Shown: piece by piece, positions 1-9,270 of the stretch
Layout of the letters: each line of letters starts with the position of its first letter
How positions within the stretch are numbered: position 1 is the stretch's first letter
Assembly: GCA_048571215.1 (NCBI GenBank)
Contig: CP182352.1
Span: forward strand, 3,360,001 to 3,424,000
Length of the DNA stretch: 64,000 nt
Reading direction: 5' to 3'
Source: Halarcobacter sp.
GTDB taxonomy: Bacteria; Campylobacterota; Campylobacteria; Campylobacterales; Arcobacteraceae
The notes under the pieces: model-generated
Seen by the model: the letters and a program-made list of their open reading frames with translations, nothing else
What the model was told of the DNA's origin: nothing
Database searches by the model: none
Program-made: the position numbers and the translations under genes

Positions 1-280
1 ATTTTCTTTGTGGAAGATAAAAGTCGATAAAAAAATTATTGGTTTGCAATCTTTCAATATATTCTCCATAAGCACTTGCTACTGAGGCTTGTGAGTAGAT
101 GCCTTTCCCATTTGAGTAGATATGTTTGGGTGCTTCAACTGAGGCTAGGTTGACTGAAAAACAGTTTTCAAGTGGATGTTTCTCTTGTGCAAAAGTAGTT
201 TCACAGCCAACACTTTCTAAGGCAGTTTTCATTTTATTTATTGATTCTTCTAATGGAAGATTTTTTGATGCTAAATTCAT
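1..280 (-). CDS. ycaO: YcaO-family protein, 5' part (runs off window)
   Basis: Hand translation from ATG at 280: MNLASKNLPLEESINKMK...YSNGKGIYSQASVASAYGEYIERLQTNNFF, matching the YcaO N-terminal pattern (NGKG...ASALGEYxERL). Confidence 0.8.
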   Translation of the reverse strand, partial: MNLASKNLPLEESINKMKTALESVGCETTFAQEKHPLENCFSVNLASVEAPKHIYSNGKGIYSQASVASAYGEYIERLQTNNFFIDFYLPQRK

Positions 281-408
281 AAGGGTATTCTCGATTCTGT
301 AGCTATTTTTTTAATGAGAAGTATATCCAAAATAAAGATTTTATCGCTTACAAGCCCAAGTTTATTTGGATATAATGACAATAAATAAGAAAAAAATAAA
401 GGATTCAT

Positions 409-834
409 TTGGCAAAGGGTAAAAAAGTTGCAATAAAAGAGATTAAGAGCTTAGAGGATAATGATATTTTAATCAATGGAAAAGAGTATATTCTCCTTGA
501 AGAGTGTGAAGATATACAAAGTGCTAAATTTATGAAAATATCATCAAATGGAAATAGAATATTAAGATTTGAAGATGAAAATAAAATAGCAAAGATAGAT
601 GTGAAAAGAGATATTGATATTGTAAAATATACCTTCAAAGACCCTCAAAAAGCAGAAAAATTTGCCAAATCAAATGACAAAGGTTTTTTAGCTAAAGAAG
701 CAAGTAAAGAGGTTATAGGTAATGCCAATTCATACACCAAAGCCAAAGAGATTTTAGCAAATTATAAAAATAAAAAAAGTGTAAACTATGATGCAAATCC
801 AAATACTTTTTATCTAAGTGAAGAGATTGTTTAG
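409..834 (+). CDS. Hypothetical protein (141 aa), probably core genome
   Basis: TTG start with AAGGA RBS, a TATAAT box upstream, and a hairpin downstream. Confidence 0.7.
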   Translation: MAKGKKVAIKEIKSLEDNDILINGKEYILLEECEDIQSAKFMKISSNGNRILRFEDENKIAKIDVKRDIDIVKYTFKDPQKAEKFAKSNDKGFLAKEASKEVIGNANSYTKAKEILANYKNKKSVNYDANPNTFYLSEEIV

Positions 835-857
835 CAAATATCTTAGCTTTTAGATTT

Positions 858-889
858 ATTGAAGCAAAGAAAAATTTTTTTGCTTCAAT
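858..889. terminator. Hairpin, probable bidirectional intrinsic terminator
   Basis: ATTGAAGCAAA...TTTGCTTCAAT inverted repeat with A/T-rich flanks. Confidence 0.65.
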
Positions 890-1074
890 GAATATTTATT
901 TTTTATCTTCTTTGATGCTCTCATATAGATTATATTATTTGTTAGATATAAAGTAAAATCTAGTTTTGAATTATCTTTGAAAAGATGACCTTTTTATGTA
1001 AATAGTATGATATATCATCTTTTTCAAAATTTCCCTTTTAACTTTTTAGATTTTATTGAATCAAATCATTTGGA

Positions 1075-1296
1075 TTGAAATATATACCATTTTGGTATGA
1101 GAATTTATTGTATGAATTGATTCTCAAACAAAATAAGATAGGACGAGAGATTAGTGAAAAAGAAGTGATTGGAGCTATTAAATATTTAAAAAGCCAAGGT
1201 AAGATTGTAAATCAATTAAATATATCGGAAATTATTGGATGTCATTTTACTATACATAAAGGATTTGTACGGATTTATAAAAATCTAAAATCATAA
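1075..1296 (+). pseudogene. tniQ: C-terminal remnant of TniQ/TnsD-like target selector
   Basis: About two-thirds identical (48/72 by hand count) to the C-terminus of 56468..57640 (IPFWY...QNKIGR.ISE.EV.GAIKYLK...GCHFTIHKGF); N-terminal part absent. Confidence 0.9.
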
Positions 1297-1470
1297 ATAA
1301 CCACTTTCTTTAAGTGCTTGGAGACATATACGAGATAAGGACGAGTCAAGTTCTTCTGCCTTATTTTCTAAAATTTTTTTTTGACTTTCTGTAATGTTTA
1401 CAAATATTTTTGCAGTTTTTTTTCTACTTTTAATAGTTTTCGGTCGTCCAACTTTAGGCTTTTTAATCAT
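1291..1470 (-). CDS. Small ribbon-helix-helix/CopG-like regulator (~59 aa)
   Basis: MIKKPKVGRPKT...KIFVNITESQKKILENKAEELDSSLSRICLQAL: GRP basic arm plus RHH-like pattern; divergent from the RM operon. Confidence 0.55.
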   Translation of the reverse strand: MIKKPKVGRPKTIKSRKKTAKIFVNITESQKKILENKAEELDSSLSRICLQALKESGYL

Positions 1471-1722
1471 TATTAATTCCAAATTATTTTTTACAGTATT
1501 TAATTGTATTATAAAGTATATTAAAGTATAATATATTGAAAAAGAAACCATATTAGTGTGGATGTTTTTATTAGTTAAATTTAGCTAATATTGCGGTTTT
1601 AATTGAAAAGAAAAATAAACATTAAAACACGTCAATATGATTAAAATATTGCAAAATGTAATTAAATTTAAAGATTTCGATTTTTTAATTTACAATTAGC
1701 AAGAAAAATAAAAGGAGAAGTT

Positions 1723-3315
1723 ATGACAATACCAATGAAAATCAAAACATCTGAAAAAACTTTGGGAGATTATTATTGGGCTTATTCTGATATTCTAAGA
1801 GATATAGGAATAAATGAGTCTACTTATGACCAAAGAATAATGGCTTTTATGGCTTTAAAACTTCTTATAGACAATGATAAAATACAATTTAATTTTGAAT
1901 ATAAAAATAAGTTTGGATTAACTACAAAATTATATAACCAATATAAAAAAGAGGATACTAAATCTACATTCTTAAATCTTATTCAAAATATTGAGCAGCT
2001 TGGACAAAAATTAAATTATTTTGAGCAAGATAGCAAATACAATCCAGATGATTCGACAAATATTTTAACTTATCTAAATCATTTTAAAACTTTTGAACTT
2101 GAAAGATATATTCAAGAGCTACCTAATAACCATCTTGAAAATGTACTTGATATATATACTTACAAAGCAAACTTTAGAGACTATCCAAAAGAGCAATATA
2201 AAGATTTATATGAAACCACTATTTCAAGAATGAAAAAACTTAGTGGTGATTTGACTGGTCAGCACTTTACACAAAAATCTATCATACATCTTATGTGTGA
2301 AGTCTCTTCTTTGGATGTGCGAACAAGGGATAAAATAGCTATCTATGATCCTGCTTGCGGGACCTCGAGTATGCTTATGGAGTCAGCTCATTACTTTTAC
2401 AACAAAAATAAAAAACAAAATATAGAAGTATATGGGCAAGAACTTCATGGACAAACTTGGCTGCTAGCAAAAATATTTTTAGAGATAAGTTCACTTGATG
2501 GTAAAAAACAAGGGATCAAAAATACTATAGCTTATGGAAATACTTTAACAAACCCAGCTTTTGCGAATGGTATTAATGGAAGCGAGAGCTTCGATTTCAT
2601 AATAGCCAACCCACCGTTCGGGGTGGATTGGAAACACAACTATGAAGAAGTAGTTCAAAATATGAGATTAGGTAAAAAGAGTGATTTCTTTATAGTAGAA
2701 GATGAAAAAGGAAAGATAGTAACTCCTAAAAAATCAGATGGACAATTTCTATTTATGCAACATATTATCAATCTTATGGAAGCTGAAAAGAACAGAGGCA
2801 AAAAAGCACAAGCTGCTATCATAAGCTCATCTACTCTTATAAGTACTGGTGGTGCTACAAGTAGTGAAGCAAAGATAAGAAAAGCTATTTTTAAGACAGG
2901 ATTTGTAAGTGCCGTACTTGAACAACCAAATGCGATGTTTACTAACACTGACATAAGTTCTCATATATGGTTTTTAGATAGCGATGAAAGTGACAGCGTA
3001 AAAATAGTAAAAGCAGATACAAAAGAAGATGAACTTTGTAGTTCACATCCTATGCCAAACGATAAAATGAAAAATTGTTATAGTGAAAAAAATATAAAAG
3101 ATATTGTCAAATATATTCAAAGAAAAAAAGATTATGAATACATATCTAAAACAATTAAATCAAAAGATAGATGTGAGATAAATATATCAAATGAGATAGG
3201 TTTTAAAGAGACAAATGAAGATGTGAGTTTTGATGAACTTACAAATGAGTTAAACTCACTTATGAAACAGATGTGTGAAGATTTTCAAGATAATCTACTT
3301 TTTGGGATAAAGTAA
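1723..3315 (+). CDS. hsdM: Type I RM-like N6-adenine methyltransferase M subunit
   Basis: GQHFTQ, IYDPACGT (motif I), YGQEL, IIANPPFG (motif IV). Confidence 0.9.
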   Translation: MTIPMKIKTSEKTLGDYYWAYSDILRDIGINESTYDQRIMAFMALKLLIDNDKIQFNFEYKNKFGLTTKLYNQYKKEDTKSTFLNLIQNIEQLGQKLNYFEQDSKYNPDDSTNILTYLNHFKTFELERYIQELPNNHLENVLDIYTYKANFRDYPKEQYKDLYETTISRMKKLSGDLTGQHFTQKSIIHLMCEVSSLDVRTRDKIAIYDPACGTSSMLMESAHYFYNKNKKQNIEVYGQELHGQTWLLAKIFLEISSLDGKKQGIKNTIAYGNTLTNPAFANGINGSESFDFIIANPPFGVDWKHNYEEVVQNMRLGKKSDFFIVEDEKGKIVTPKKSDGQFLFMQHIINLMEAEKNRGKKAQAAIISSSTLISTGGATSSEAKIRKAIFKTGFVSAVLEQPNAMFTNTDISSHIWFLDSDESDSVKIVKADTKEDELCSSHPMPNDKMKNCYSEKNIKDIVKYIQRKKDYEYISKTIKSKDRCEINISNEIGFKETNEDVSFDELTNELNSLMKQMCEDFQDNLLFGIK

Positions 3316-4668
3316 ATGATAGGTACTTTAGATAGTCAGGTTATTGAAAAGTTTAAAGAGTTTCAGGATAAAACTGGGAATTATAAACAGTTAAAACTTG
3401 AAGATATTGAGTTTAAACAGGAAATATTAGATAAATTAATTGATATTTTTGACTCACAAAGAGTACCCTTGAGTACTATCGAAAGAAATAAAAGAAAAGG
3501 AAAGTATCCTTATTATGGTGCATCAGGTATTATTGACTATATAGATGATTTTATTTTTGATGGAAAATATTTAATAATCTCAGAAGATGGTGAAAATTTA
3601 AGATCACGAAAAACACCTATCGCATTTTGGGCAATTGGGCAATTCTGGGTCAATAACCATGCACATATTGTTTTAGGGAAAGAAAATATATTATACACTG
3701 ACTATCTAAGATTATTTATATCAAGTAATAAACTGAGCAATTTTATTTCAAATTCATCGCAACCTAAATTATCGCAAGGAAATTTGCAAAAAATACCTAT
3801 TCCTTTACCAAAAGATTATAATGAACAGTATAAATCAATAGATATTCAAAAAGCTATAGTTGAGTTTTTAGAATTTTGGAAAATAAATTATACAGATGTT
3901 TTTAGACAAACCGTTACACATCAAAAACCAATCTTAGAAAAAATCAAAAAAGCTTTAATTCCTGGAACTTTAAGATATGATAAAACTATTGTAAATAGTT
4001 TTAATGAGTTTGCAAAATCAAATAATTATAAAATCAAACTTGAAGAAGTTACATTCAAAAAAATAGATTTTTTTAATATTAAAAAAAATGACTTATTATC
4101 TCCTAAAAAACTAGAAAAAAATCAAAATTTAATTTTACTAAACTCTTCAAATAATGGTTATCCAGTCTATTCTGGTGCTATAGAACCATTGTGTAAAGTT
4201 GATGAGTCAAAGTATCCAAATAAAATATTTGTACCAAATCATCAAAATCTAGATATTTCATTTGCAAATAATGGTGATGGCTCTGCTGGTAGAAACTTTT
4301 TTGTACATACCGATAAATACTTTGTTAATCAAGAGAGAACAGTTATATCATTTAAAAATGATAATGACTTTTATAGTTTATATATTTTAAATCAAATCAT
4401 TAACATGAGAGACAAATATAATATGAATCGTGAAAATCGACCAACGCCAAAAGATTTACCAAAATTTGGTATAGAAATAACTCTTCCATTTCATAATACA
4501 GTTTCTTCATTTGATATACAAAAAATATTAGTTCAATTTTGGGAAATGATTTTAAATAATATAGATGAAAGATTTACAAAATTTGATAATATAGAAAGAT
4601 TAACAGATAAAATCGATGAAGCCTTTTTATATAGAACGTTTAGCAAAATAGAATGGAGAGAAGAATGA
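3316..4668 (+). CDS. hsdS: Type I RM-like specificity subunit
   Basis: TRD pattern YPYYGASGIIDYIDD...VNNHAH...QPKLSQGNLQKIPIPLP, two TRD/helical halves, abuts hsdM. Confidence 0.85.
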   Translation: MIGTLDSQVIEKFKEFQDKTGNYKQLKLEDIEFKQEILDKLIDIFDSQRVPLSTIERNKRKGKYPYYGASGIIDYIDDFIFDGKYLIISEDGENLRSRKTPIAFWAIGQFWVNNHAHIVLGKENILYTDYLRLFISSNKLSNFISNSSQPKLSQGNLQKIPIPLPKDYNEQYKSIDIQKAIVEFLEFWKINYTDVFRQTVTHQKPILEKIKKALIPGTLRYDKTIVNSFNEFAKSNNYKIKLEEVTFKKIDFFNIKKNDLLSPKKLEKNQNLILLNSSNNGYPVYSGAIEPLCKVDESKYPNKIFVPNHQNLDISFANNGDGSAGRNFFVHTDKYFVNQERTVISFKNDNDFYSLYILNQIINMRDKYNMNRENRPTPKDLPKFGIEITLPFHNTVSSFDIQKILVQFWEMILNNIDERFTKFDNIERLTDKIDEAFLYRTFSKIEWREE

Positions 4669-6752
4669 TAAATCAAAATGTATATAATCAAATTGATTCT
4701 TTTGTTGAAAAAAGAGTAGGAAAATCAAAACTCCATGAAATTAAATTTTATGTTGATAGTGAAACAGCAAAAGACAAAGCCTCCTTTGTAAAATTTCTTG
4801 TAGATAATAATGAAATAATTGAAAAAGGGAAGGCATATAAAACCATAGATTTGTGCTATGGTAGTGGAAATTTAACAACACATATTTTAGGTGATTGTGA
4901 TATTAAATTTTCTGAATTAGTTCTTAATGATGTGAATACAGACGATAGAAATAATGCAATCCTGATAGGCTCAAAGCAAGATGATGATTTTTTAGATGCT
5001 ACAAAATTTACTACTAAATATGATTTAATTGTATTTAATCCCCAAATTGGTGGTAAAGATACCTATCCTAACGGTATAGTCGAATTTGAAAAAATAGAAC
5101 CTATTATTTATAATAGCACTTTTGAAGATTATTTAATTTCTCAAGGAATTGATATAAATTTATTAGATATCTCAGTTGATGAAAATGAAAAAAGTATTTT
5201 AGTACACTCAGATGACATGACAAAATCTCAGATGAATGAGTTTTTTAAAAATATAAAAATATTTAATTATTACAATGTTTTTTATAAGTCTAAAACATCG
5301 AATACTGAAGGTAAATCAACAAAAATAGTTCAATTTAGAAAAACACTTGAAAATATTTCACATAAAAATAGTATTGTTATATTTTACGGAGAGATGAATT
5401 ATTTTAAATATTTATTTGCTGATTATACAAATATAAGATTTTATCTGCAAGACTCAGGGAAACAACTATTTGTTCTTGCAAAAGGTGAAAGCTCTAAAAA
5501 GTGTTATGAAAAAATAGAAAACCAATTTATAGAAAATGAAAATTGTGAAATAGAAAAAAATTCTGATGATGAAGATTTAGATATTGTAAAACTTATGGAA
5601 AAATTAGAAGAAAATAAAACAGAAAATAATTCTAGTGGTCTTCTTCAATCAGAATCATTAACTGTAACTAGTGTACAAAATGATAATGAGGAAAAATTCA
5701 AACAATCTAAATTTTCAAATGAACCAAAAGGTAATTTAATTTTTGAGTATAAGAATATACTTTTAAAGGGAGTCCCTGGTACTGGGAAAAGTGAAACTAT
5801 AAAAAATATAATTACTAATAAGTTAGATATGAAAGAGTTAGCTAATAATGTACTTCGTATTAATATTCATTCTGCTTCATCAAATAGTGACCTTATGCAG
5901 GGTATTTCAATCTCAACAACAAAAGATAATGAAAATGTACTTTATAGAGAAAAGCAAGGGGCTGTTTTAAATCATATCTTTAAAGCTATATATAAACCAA
6001 AGCAGCCTTTTGTATTAGTTCTTGAAGAGATACAAGAAAATAGTTTAAATGAGTTGATTGGAGATTTGATTTATCTTATTGAAGATAAAAAAAGAACGAT
6101 TGTAGATTTGGATATCCCTAATAATACCGAAATAGTTTATGATGAACTATTTGAAAAGATTAATGAAAAATCTAAAGAAAATGGTAGCTCTTTAGATTAT
6201 GTAGAATTACCAAGCTTAGTTGAAAATAGTCAAAACAATACAAAAATGATAGTGCCTGATAACCTTTTTATCTTTTGTACTTCAAATTATAGAGATGATA
6301 AAAAAGTGATAGAGGATAATCTTTTAAGAAGGTTTGATGTAATAGAGATATACCCTAAATATAACGGTATATATAAATCTGAAGATATACCAAAATTTTT
6401 AGAAAAACTAAATAATCAAATATTAGAACAGTTTAAAGATGAAATTCATCCTGATAGATATTTGATAGGTCATGCCAATTGGATTGACATACAAAAAGAT
6501 AATGAAGATAGTCAAATTACATTTTACAAGGCACTACTAAAAGTCATTATTGAGTTTAAGGAGATAAGGGAAATAGACTTTGATAGTGAAGTAAAACCTA
6601 TATTAGAAAAGGTCTTTAAAAATATAAAATCAATCTCTGATAGGCTGGATCAATACTTGAAAATATTTTATAATGATGACAAGTTAGAACTAAAATCTTA
6701 TAAGCATATTGTAGATCTCTTACAAAAAGAAATTTATAAATCATTTTTATAA
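4665..6752 (+). CDS. McrB-family AAA+ GTPase with N-terminal methyltransferase-like domain
   Basis: Walker A GVPGTGKS, Walker B LVLEEIQ, NxxD-type TSNYRDD, LLRRF; N-terminal DLCYGSG and FNPQIGG. Start placed at the ATGA overlap with the hsdS stop. Confidence 0.8.
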   Translation: MINQNVYNQIDSFVEKRVGKSKLHEIKFYVDSETAKDKASFVKFLVDNNEIIEKGKAYKTIDLCYGSGNLTTHILGDCDIKFSELVLNDVNTDDRNNAILIGSKQDDDFLDATKFTTKYDLIVFNPQIGGKDTYPNGIVEFEKIEPIIYNSTFEDYLISQGIDINLLDISVDENEKSILVHSDDMTKSQMNEFFKNIKIFNYYNVFYKSKTSNTEGKSTKIVQFRKTLENISHKNSIVIFYGEMNYFKYLFADYTNIRFYLQDSGKQLFVLAKGESSKKCYEKIENQFIENENCEIEKNSDDEDLDIVKLMEKLEENKTENNSSGLLQSESLTVTSVQNDNEEKFKQSKFSNEPKGNLIFEYKNILLKGVPGTGKSETIKNIITNKLDMKELANNVLRINIHSASSNSDLMQGISISTTKDNENVLYREKQGAVLNHIFKAIYKPKQPFVLVLEEIQENSLNELIGDLIYLIEDKKRTIVDLDIPNNTEIVYDELFEKINEKSKENGSSLDYVELPSLVENSQNNTKMIVPDNLFIFCTSNYRDDKKVIEDNLLRRFDVIEIYPKYNGIYKSEDIPKFLEKLNNQILEQFKDEIHPDRYLIGHANWIDIQKDNEDSQITFYKALLKVIIEFKEIREIDFDSEVKPILEKVFKNIKSISDRLDQYLKIFYNDDKLELKSYKHIVDLLQKEIYKSFL

Positions 6753-6768
6753 AAAATGAGTTGTTAAG

Positions 6769-8943
6769 ATGATTCAAACAATCTTTTTGCAAGAGAGTGA
6801 AAAAGATATTTTTCGTTCTCTTCAAAATCAAGAGATCAATACCACCAAATTTGAACATCATTTTATTGATTTGTTCAATAAAATGTATAACAATGAAGTA
6901 GGCTATTACATCTTTGAGCAAGATGAACAAATTTATAAAATCATTATACTACCTAAAACGATAGATGAAAAAAGTCCAACAGTACAAAAGGAGTTTGTGG
7001 ATTATTTACTTCATTATCATCGAGTAAACAATAAATACAATTTTGACAAAACCAAACAAATACCAAATTCACTTCTAAGTCTTGCATTTGAACAGAACAA
7101 TCAAGATGAAAATAACTCACATAATCCAATTGAAGAGTTTGAGTATTATAAATATAAATCAATACTTGAATCTATAGAGGCATTTTTCAAACGACATAAA
7201 AACTATAAAAAAGTTCAAGTTGATTATAAATCACAAGATATAAAATATAAGCTTAACCTCTCAAAAAATATAAAAGAACTAGACAAAACAAAAATACATC
7301 AAACACAATCTATTGAGATGATGTATTCTCAAATAGCAACTATAGCTCAAGGTGCTTTAAAATTGTTTGCTAAAAGAAGAATTGATATTATCAAAGATGA
7401 AGAATATAAAAAACAACTTATTCAAGAAACAAAAAAAGTGATAAGTTTTATCGCTAAAAAATATCCAATAGATAAAAATTATAAATTTAGTTTATCAAAA
7501 TTGAATAATTCTAAAACAACAAAAGTGTATAGTAAAAAGAGTGATACTAAACTGTTGCTAGTAGATATAAAATCGTTGTTTGGTTTTGAACAGATGTATG
7601 AAGATAAGAATTTGTATGTTAATAATAGATATGACTTAACAACTACATCGTTTTTTATTAACCCTATACTTTTTTATGAGTGGTATGTGTATGATATATT
7701 AAATGATTTTACAAGTACAAATAATTATAAAACTTTATTTGATAAAGATGAAGATAATAAAACAACTATCAAATATGAGTTGGTTTCACAAAAGTTTAAA
7801 AAAGATAAAGAGAGAAGTTCAAACCCTGATTATATCTTGATAGATGAAGAAAAGAAGATAAAAATAGTTCTCGATGCAAAATGGAAAAACATAGAAAAGC
7901 TTGGAGATATAAAATCAAGTGATTTTTTAAAACTTAAACATGATGCTTCATTACTTGAAAACTCTTATAAAACTGTTCCTTATTTAATCTACCCTAATTA
8001 TTTAAGTGACGAGGATAAAATAAGTATTTCAAAAGATGATAATCAAGCTTTTAATTTTGGTATTTTACAAATTGATATGAATTTTGAGAAGGAAGACAAT
8101 AATATAGATTTTAAATATGATTTTGAAGAAATAGAAAAGCAAATTGAGAAAGATCAAAAAGATACTAGTGTCAAAAAATTATCTGAACATTTTATAAATG
8201 AAATTGAAAATAAAAGAACAGAATTAATAACTAAACTTTTAAATAGTGAAGATTTAGAAGATAAAGAAGATGTCTTTAATAAACTTGATAATCAGTTAAT
8301 AGAATCTTCCAAATTGTTAAGTAATCAACTAATTGGGGAAAAGTTACCAAATGAGATTGAACAAATATTAAAAGATTATGATAAAACACTCTCAGATATT
8401 AGTAAAGACTTTTTAAAATCATCTGGATTAATTTATAAGTACTATAAAAAGAAAAACTATAAATACTTTGACTATTCAATGCCTGCAAGTGGATTGTGGA
8501 AATTAGTTGAGAGAGAATTAAATACATCTTTTGTTTGGTATGTTAGAATTCAAAAAAGAGTTTGTGATTCAACTTGCCCTTGGACTTCATTGTTTACACG
8601 AAAAGATAAAATTACACATGAAATTGAAAAAGGTAAAACTGTAAAACTAAATCAATTTCATTATACAAAAGATGAATTACAAGGTGTAATGCTTGGTGGG
8701 ATAAATTTATTGTTAAAAGATAATGATATTTTAAATTACTTTAATACTTTTATAAATATTGATGATTATATAACTAGTGATATAATAAAAAATATTTCTA
8801 CTATTAGAAATGAAAATGCTCATATTAAAGCTATGAGTTTAGAAAAGTTTGAAGAATTATACAAATTATTATTTAAAGATGGAAATATTAATAAGCTATT
8901 AGATATGACGGGAATAATTAGAAATAAGATTGAATCTTTATAG
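6769..8943 (+). CDS. McrC-like PD-(D/E)xK nuclease with helical linker and C-terminal HEPN-like domain
   Basis: IILPK, FYEWYV, NPDYIL...VLDAKWK; C-terminal RNENAH (RxxxxH). Confidence 0.7.
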   Translation: MIQTIFLQESEKDIFRSLQNQEINTTKFEHHFIDLFNKMYNNEVGYYIFEQDEQIYKIIILPKTIDEKSPTVQKEFVDYLLHYHRVNNKYNFDKTKQIPNSLLSLAFEQNNQDENNSHNPIEEFEYYKYKSILESIEAFFKRHKNYKKVQVDYKSQDIKYKLNLSKNIKELDKTKIHQTQSIEMMYSQIATIAQGALKLFAKRRIDIIKDEEYKKQLIQETKKVISFIAKKYPIDKNYKFSLSKLNNSKTTKVYSKKSDTKLLLVDIKSLFGFEQMYEDKNLYVNNRYDLTTTSFFINPILFYEWYVYDILNDFTSTNNYKTLFDKDEDNKTTIKYELVSQKFKKDKERSSNPDYILIDEEKKIKIVLDAKWKNIEKLGDIKSSDFLKLKHDASLLENSYKTVPYLIYPNYLSDEDKISISKDDNQAFNFGILQIDMNFEKEDNNIDFKYDFEEIEKQIEKDQKDTSVKKLSEHFINEIENKRTELITKLLNSEDLEDKEDVFNKLDNQLIESSKLLSNQLIGEKLPNEIEQILKDYDKTLSDISKDFLKSSGLIYKYYKKKNYKYFDYSMPASGLWKLVERELNTSFVWYVRIQKRVCDSTCPWTSLFTRKDKITHEIEKGKTVKLNQFHYTKDELQGVMLGGINLLLKDNDILNYFNTFINIDDYITSDIIKNISTIRNENAHIKAMSLEKFEELYKLLFKDGNINKLLDMTGIIRNKIESL

Positions 8944-9119
8944 CTACTATTTTACTTGATTTTATCAGATAGTCTCAACAATCACCTCTCAAGCACGTCA
9001 TTATGCTCATTTTCATTGTTAATTTGAGCATGTCTATAAGTAAAGAATTTTAATTATTATAGGTGTCTTTAATAGTATCTCTTCTTCCTCTTTATGAAAA
9101 TGACAAAAGTTACCTCTGT

Positions 9120-9207
9120 ATTTAAAACTAGAAAATTGACCTTTTGAAGTTTGTATAAAGTCAAGAGATCAATTTTTTAGTTGAAGTTTTAAATTCTCAT
9201 TAACTAA
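9120..9207. repeat. ~88 bp palindrome-containing direct repeat, copy 1
   Basis: ATTTAAAACTAGAAAATTGACCTTTTGAAGTTTG...TAGTTGAAG...AAATTCTCA.TAACTAA also found at 11217-11308. Confidence 0.9.
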
Positions 9208-9270
9208 AGATTTGCTTTTACATATTTTGAAAGTATAAGTAAATATTCTTTTTTGTAATTTTCAGAGAAA

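Noticed and set aside
1..280. ycaO as part of the RiPP cluster
   Set aside because: 44 kb away, outside the island, and resembles the stand-alone housekeeping YcaO type.
9190..9227. A further Tn7-like terminus (TTTGCTTTTACA)
   Set aside because: Spacing to the core site is 4 bp off and no CCTCA follows; may be a degraded copy but unsupported.
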